Shown: one piece after another, positions 15,030 through 20,000 of the stretch
How the letters are laid out: each line of letters starts with the position of its first letter
Numbering within the stretch: the first letter of the stretch is position 1
IMG/VR virus record: IMGVR_UViG_3300002835_000131
Location: 54,177-74,176 of that record
Reading direction: 5' to 3' (one strand)
Origin: an uncultured virus (IMG/VR IMGVR_UViG_3300002835_000131)
Taxonomy: Duplodnaviria > Heunggongvirae > Uroviricota > Caudoviricetes
Length of the DNA: 20,000 bases
Program-made: the position numbers and the translations under genes
The notes under the pieces: generated by a model
Told to the model about the DNA's origin: nothing
What the model saw: the letters and a program-made list of their open reading frames with translations, nothing else
Databases searched by the model: none

Positions 15030-18000
15030 CTCCATACCAAGAAACAATGTACGATTTTTAGATCAAGTATCTATAGCTTCTTTTGAAGTACCTACTTCAG
15101 GAGGTAGTAGTGGAATTGGTACATCTGGACTTTCAGGTTTATCAGGTCTTTCAGGTTTAAGTGGTACTGGCACCTCAGGTATTTCAGGCTTAAGTGGTAC
15201 TGGCACCTCAGGTATTTCAGGTTTATCAGGAACAGGTACATCAGGTATTTCAGGACTAAGTGGCGCTGGAACATCTGGTATAAGTGGTTTATCAGGAATA
15301 AATGGTACATCAGGACTTTCAGGTTTAGAAGGTTTATCAGGTTTAAGTGGTACTGGCACTTCAGGTTTATCAGGATTAAGTGGAACTGGCACCTCAGGAT
15401 TAAGCGGTTTATCAGGAACTAATGGTACCTCAGGTTTATCAGGTTTAGAAGGTATAAGTGGTTTATCTGGTTTAAGTGGTACAGGAACTTCAGGTCTAAG
15501 TGGTTTAAGTGGAACAGGAACTTCTGGTTTGAGCGGTCTTTCAGGAACTAATGGAACTTCAGGTCTTTCTGGTTTAGAAGGTTTATCAGGACTTTCAGGT
15601 CTTAGTGGTACTGGAACTTCAGGTTTATCTGGTTTGTCAGGAGCTGGTACATCAGGTCTAAGTGGTTTATCAGGAACTAATGGTACAAATGGTACCTCAG
15701 GACTCTCAGGTTTAGAAGGCTTAAGTGGTTTATCAGGCCTAAGTGGTACAGGTATATCAGGACTTTCAGGTCTTTCAGGTACTAATGGTACTAATGGTAC
15801 ATCTGGTCTTTCAGGCTTAGAAGGTACATCTGGTCTTTCAGGTCTTAGTGGTACTAGTACTTCAGGACTTTCAGGTTTATCAGGAACAAATGGTACATCC
15901 GGTCTTTCAGGTCTTGAAGGTACATCAGGTCTAAGTGGCATATTAGGTACATCAGGACTTTCAGGTTTAAGTGGTACTGGCACTTCTGGTTTAAGCGGTT
16001 TATCAGGTATAAACGGAATTTCAGGTTTATCAGGTTTAGAAGGTACATCAGGAATTTCTGGTCTTAGTGGAACAGGACTTTCAGGACTTTCAGGTCTTAG
16101 TGGTACTGGAACCTCAGGTTTATCTGGTCTTTCAGGAACTGGTTTATCAGGCTTATCAGGCTTATCAGGCTTATCAGGTTTATCTGGTTTAGAAGGTACA
16201 TCTGGTCTTTCAGGTCTTAGTGGAACTGGAACTTCAGGTATAAGTGGATTAAGTGGTACAATTGGTACATCAGGTATAAGTGGCTTAGAAGGTATAAGTG
16301 GTTTATCTGGTATAAGTGGTTTCTCAGGAACTAATGGTACCTCAGGACTTTCAGGTTTATCAGGAACAAATGGTACCTCAGGACTTTCAGGTTTAGAAGG
16401 TATATCTGGCCTAAGTGGATTAAGTGGTACTGGTACATCAGGTCTCTCAGGTTTATCAGGAACAAGTGGTACAAATGGTACTTCAGGTCTAAGTGGTTTA
16501 GAAGGCACAAGTGGTTTATCAGGCTTAAGTGGCACTGGAACTTCAGGTCTAAGTGGTTTATCCGGTACAAACGGAACTTCAGGTATTTCAGGTCTTGAAG
16601 GTACATCAGGTTTAAGTGGATTAAATGGTACATCAGGTTTATCAGGTTTAAGTGGTATATTAGGTACTTCAGGTTTATCTGGTTTATCAGGAACAAATGG
16701 AACAAATGGTACATCCGGTCTTTCAGGTCTTGAAGGTACATCAGGACTTTCAGGTTTATCAGGTACATTAGGAACTTCAGGTATAAGTGGTTTATCAGGT
16801 TTGTTAGGTCTAAATGGTGACTCAGGCATCTCAGGATTAAGTGGTATCTTAGGTACTTCAGGATTAAGTGGTATTTCAGGACTTTCAGGTACAAATGGTA
16901 CAAATGGAACTTCAGGAATATCAGGTTTAGAAGGTATTTCAGGTATAAATGGTATTTCAGGCATTTCAGGACTTTTAGGTAATTCAGGAATTTCTGGTTT
17001 AAGTGGTATTAATGGAATTTCAGGAATTTCAGGTTTAGAAGGCAATTCAGGTATTTCAGGTTTATCAGGTACTATAGGTATATCAGGTATATCAGGACTA
17101 AGTGGTATTAATGGTACAAATGGTACTTCAGGCATCTCAGGTTTAGAAGGAGCTTCAGGCATTTCAGGACTTTTAGGTAATTCAGGAATTTCTGGTTTAA
17201 GTGGTATTAATGGTACTTCAGGAATTTCAGGTTTAGAAGGTACTTCAGGTTTATTAGGTCAGTCAGGTATAAGTGGTTTATCAGGTACAAATGGTACAAA
17301 TGGTACTTCAGGAATTTCAGGTTTAGAAGGAGCTTCAGGTATATCTGGTTTAATTGGAAATTCAGGTATTTCAGGTTTAAATGGCACATCAGGTATTTCA
17401 GGATTAAGCGGTACAAATGGTACTATTGGAGATTCAGGTATTTCTGGTCTAAGTGGTACTTCAGGCCTATCAGGTATTTTAGGATTGTCTGGTATTTCAG
17501 GTTTATCAGGAATTTCAGGTCTAAACGGTGACTCAGGAATTTCAGGTTTAAGTGGTATAAGTGGTATTTTAGGATTAAATGGAGACTCAGGTCTTTCAGG
17601 ATTAAGCGGCTCATCAGGACTTTCAGGTTTATTAGGTACATCAGGTTTAAGCGGTATATCAGGTCTTTCAGGCATAGATGGAACTTCAGGACTTTCCGGT
17701 TTATCTGGTTTAAGTGGTATAAGTACATCAGGTATATCAGGACTTTCAGGTATGTCAGGTACCTCAGGTTTAAGCGGTTTATCAGGACTTTCTGGTATAG
17801 ATGGTATATCAGGTCTTTCAGGTACATCAGGTTTAAGTGGTCTTTTAGGTTTATCAGGTACAAGTGGTATTTCTGGTTTAAATGGCATCTCAGGCTTATC
17901 AGGTGACTCAGGACTTTCAGGTTTAAGCGGCACATCAGGTATAAGTGGTTTAAGTGGCACTTCAGGTTTATCAGGTATATCAGGTCTTTTAGGTATATCA

Positions 18001-20000
18001 GGTATAAGTGGCACTTCAGGCATCTCAGGACTTTCAGGTATATCTGGTTTATCAGGTATAAGTGGAGATTCAGGTCTCTCAGGTTTAAGTGGTACTTCAG
18101 GTATATCAGGTTTATCAGGTGAAAGTGGTTTATCAGGTTTATCAGGTACAAGCGGTATTTCAGGATTAAGTGGTACTTCAGGTATTTCAGGCTTATCAGG
18201 TATTTCAGGCTTAAGTGGCATTTCAGGTTTATCAGGTGAATCTGGTTTATCAGGACTTTTAGGTACATCAGGTCTTTCAGGCTTAAGTGGCATCTCAGGC
18301 TTATCAGGTACTTCAGGCTTATCAGGTACAAGTGGAATTTCAGGTTTAAGTGGTGAGTTAGGCTTATCAGGTCTTTCAGGCATATCAGGCATCTCTGGTT
18401 TATCAGGAACTTCAGGTCTATCAGGTGAATCAGGTTTATCAGGTTTAAGTGGTATTTCAGGATTAAGTGGTATATCAGGTATATCAGGTATAAGTGGTTT
18501 AAGCGGTATATCAGGTCTAAGTGGTACAAGTGGATTAAGTGGTACAAGTGGTACTTCAGGTTTAAGTGGAATATCAGGATTATCAGGTGAAAGTGGCTTA
18601 TCAGGACTTTCAGGCTTAAGTGGCACCTCAGGCTTATCAGGAATATCAGGTACATCTGGTTTAAGCGGCATCTCAGGTTTATCAGGCGAAAGTGGCTTAT
18701 CCGGTTTAAATGGCATAAGTGGATTAAGTGGTACTTCAGGTATCTCAGGTTTATCAGGTGAAAGTGGTTTATCAGGCTTAAGTGGCATCTCAGGAATTTC
18801 AGGATTAAGTGGTACATCAGGACTTTCAGGTATATCAGGCCTATCAGGTGAATCTGGTTTATCAGGACTTTCAGGTATAAGTGGATTAAGTGGTACTTCA
18901 GGTTTATCAGGAATATCTGGTTTAAGTGGTACTTCAGGTATATCAGGCCTAAATGGTGATTCAGGAATTTCAGGATTAAGTGGCACAAGTGGCATCTCAG
19001 GTTTAAGCGGAATTAGTGGTTTATCAGGCGAGTCAGGCATTTCTGGTTTAAGTGGTATTTCAGGTTTATCAGGTACAAGCGGTATTTCAGGTTTAAGCGG
19101 TGAATCAGGTTTATCTGGTTTAAGTGGTACTTCAGGTATTTCAGGCTTATCAGGCATCTCAGGATTATCAGGTATATCAGGCCTAAATGGTGACTCAGGT
19201 ATTTCAGGTTTAAGTGGTGTGAGTGGATTAAGTGGTACAAGTGGCATTTCTGGTTTAAGTGGAATATCAGGATTATCAGGCGAAAGTGGCTTATCAGGAC
19301 TTTCAGGTACAAGCGGAATTTCAGGTTTAAGCGGTGAATCAGGTTTATCTGGTTTAAGTGGGACTTCAGGTCTATCAGGTTTATCTGGTTTAAGTGGCAC
19401 TTCAGGTCTATCAGGTGAATCTGGTTTATCAGGTTTAAGTGGTATAAGTGGATTAAGTGGTACTTCAGGCATTTCAGGCTTATCAGGTACAAGCGGAATT
19501 TCAGGATTAAGTGGCACTTCAGGCTTAAGTGGTGAATCTGGTATTTCAGGTTTATCAGGAATATCAGGACTTTCAGGTATAAGTGGATTAAGCGGTGAAT
19601 CAGGTCTATCAGGACTAAGTGGCACTTCAGGTATTTCAGGACTTTCAGGTTTAAGTGGCATTTCAGGTTTAAGTGGTACATCAGGTATAAGTGGATTAAG
19701 CGGTACATCAGGTATCTCAGGCTTATCAGGTATTTCAGGTATAAGTGGTTTAAGTGGCATCTCAGGATTAAGCGGCGAGTCAGGAATATCAGGACTTTCA
19801 GGTACATCAGGTATCTCAGGCTTATCAGGTATTTCAGGTATAAGTGGTTTAAGTGGCATCTCAGGATTAAGCGGCGAGTCAGGAATATCAGGACTTTCAG
19901 GTACATCAGGTATCTCAGGCTTATCAGGTATTTCAGGTATAAGTGGTTTAAGTGGCATCTCAGGATTAAGCGGCGAGTCAGGAATATCAGGACTTTCAGG
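15013..20000 (+). CDS. Giant Gly-X-Ser collagen-like repeat protein, probable neck/tail fibre (partial, >1660 aa, open at window end; absent from the ORF track)
   Basis: ATG 15013 overlaps the gp15-like stop and gives [36 protein letters not shown], followed by [18 protein letters not shown] triplets. I found no in-frame stop to 20000. Same strand as the operon, and variation is concentrated at synonymous positions of this frame (Ser as TCA/TCT/AGT/AGC, Gly as GGT/GGA/GGC). Confidence 0.93.
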   Translation, partial: MARINNSIPRNNVRFLDQVSIASFEVPTSGGSSGIGTSGLSGLSGLSGLSGTGTSGISGLSGTGTSGISGLSGTGTSGISGLSGAGTSGISGLSGINGTSGLSGLEGLSGLSGTGTSGLSGLSGTGTSGLSGLSGTNGTSGLSGLEGISGLSGLSGTGTSGLSGLSGTGTSGLSGLSGTNGTSGLSGLEGLSGLSGLSGTGTSGLSGLSGAGTSGLSGLSGTNGTNGTSGLSGLEGLSGLSGLSGTGISGLSGLSGTNGTNGTSGLSGLEGTSGLSGLSGTSTSGLSGLSGTNGTSGLSGLEGTSGLSGILGTSGLSGLSGTGTSGLSGLSGINGISGLSGLEGTSGISGLSGTGLSGLSGLSGTGTSGLSGLSGTGLSGLSGLSGLSGLSGLEGTSGLSGLSGTGTSGISGLSGTIGTSGISGLEGISGLSGISGFSGTNGTSGLSGLSGTNGTSGLSGLEGISGLSGLSGTGTSGLSGLSGTSGTNGTSGLSGLEGTSGLSGLSGTGTSGLSGLSGTNGTSGISGLEGTSGLSGLNGTSGLSGLSGILGTSGLSGLSGTNGTNGTSGLSGLEGTSGLSGLSGTLGTSGISGLSGLLGLNGDSGISGLSGILGTSGLSGISGLSGTNGTNGTSGISGLEGISGINGISGISGLLGNSGISGLSGINGISGISGLEGNSGISGLSGTIGISGISGLSGINGTNGTSGISGLEGASGISGLLGNSGISGLSGINGTSGISGLEGTSGLLGQSGISGLSGTNGTNGTSGISGLEGASGISGLIGNSGISGLNGTSGISGLSGTNGTIGDSGISGLSGTSGLSGILGLSGISGLSGISGLNGDSGISGLSGISGILGLNGDSGLSGLSGSSGLSGLLGTSGLSGISGLSGIDGTSGLSGLSGLSGISTSGISGLSGMSGTSGLSGLSGLSGIDGISGLSGTSGLSGLLGLSGTSGISGLNGISGLSGDSGLSGLSGTSGISGLSGTSGLSGISGLLGISGISGTSGISGLSGISGLSGISGDSGLSGLSGTSGISGLSGESGLSGLSGTSGISGLSGTSGISGLSGISGLSGISGLSGESGLSGLLGTSGLSGLSGISGLSGTSGLSGTSGISGLSGELGLSGLSGISGISGLSGTSGLSGESGLSGLSGISGLSGISGISGISGLSGISGLSGTSGLSGTSGTSGLSGISGLSGESGLSGLSGLSGTSGLSGISGTSGLSGISGLSGESGLSGLNGISGLSGTSGISGLSGESGLSGLSGISGISGLSGTSGLSGISGLSGESGLSGLSGISGLSGTSGLSGISGLSGTSGISGLNGDSGISGLSGTSGISGLSGISGLSGESGISGLSGISGLSGTSGISGLSGESGLSGLSGTSGISGLSGISGLSGISGLNGDSGISGLSGVSGLSGTSGISGLSGISGLSGESGLSGLSGTSGISGLSGESGLSGLSGTSGLSGLSGLSGTSGLSGESGLSGLSGISGLSGTSGISGLSGTSGISGLSGTSGLSGESGISGLSGISGLSGISGLSGESGLSGLSGTSGISGLSGLSGISGLSGTSGISGLSGTSGISGLSGISGISGLSGISGLSGESGISGLSGTSGISGLSGISGISGLSGISGLSGESGISGLSGTSGISGLSGISGISGLSGISGLSGESGISGLS
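15100..20000 (+). repeat. Degenerate 9-bp coding tandem repeat (GGN-NNN-TCA/AGT)
   Basis: Directly visible, for example ggt tta tca / ggt att tca / ggt tta agt repeated for about 4.9 kb. Confidence 0.97.
19702..20000 (+). repeat. Perfect 99-bp tandem repeat, three full copies and possibly the start of a fourth
   Basis: Copies start at 19702, 19801 and 19900. The unit ggtacatcaggtatctcaggc...ggaatatcaggactttca encodes [33 protein letters not shown]. Confidence 0.93.

Noticed and set aside
15063..19958. Long minus-strand Pro-rich ORFs (699 aa, 899 aa) and His/Leu/Tyr-rich ORFs (521, 297, 190 aa and smaller)
   Set aside because: Antisense shadows of the Gly-X-Ser repeat: GG dinucleotides read as CC give Pro every third residue. 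Synonymous variation fits only the plus frame, and every credible gene here is on the plus strand.
15100..20000. Repeat region as a CRISPR array or non-coding satellite
   Set aside because: There is no constant repeat with unique spacers, all length changes are multiples of three, and the reading frame is preserved.

Overview
An AT-rich, entirely plus-strand virion morphogenesis module of a large T4-related tailed phage. Gene order: terminase large subunit, portal, four uncharacterised head-region ORFs, prohead protease, a signal-peptide-bearing DNA/RNA non-specific endonuclease, scaffold, major capsid protein, PhoH, a Ser/Thr-rich small protein, and gp13-, gp14- and gp15-like neck/tail-completion proteins. 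The last 5 kb are a giant ORF that the ORF track missed (starts 15013, still open at the window edge, >1660 aa). It is made of proline-free, lysine-free Gly-X-Ser triplets; the long Pro-rich minus-strand ORFs there are its antisense shadow. A-rich leaders mostly lacking a Shine-Dalgarno sequence, and a signal peptide followed by Gln, suggest a Bacteroidota host (inference). Most interesting: (1) the giant Gly-X-Ser fibre together with recurring [ST][GAS]S motifs in likely surface virion proteins, suggesting a glycosylated or otherwise Ser-modified virion; (2) an exported nuclease inside the head operon; (3) a recurring ATAT(T/G)TAT promoter-like motif that is the inverse of the T4 late promoter; (4) a synonymous GC-rich patch inside terL; (5) head proteins that may be protease-released cargo polyproteins.
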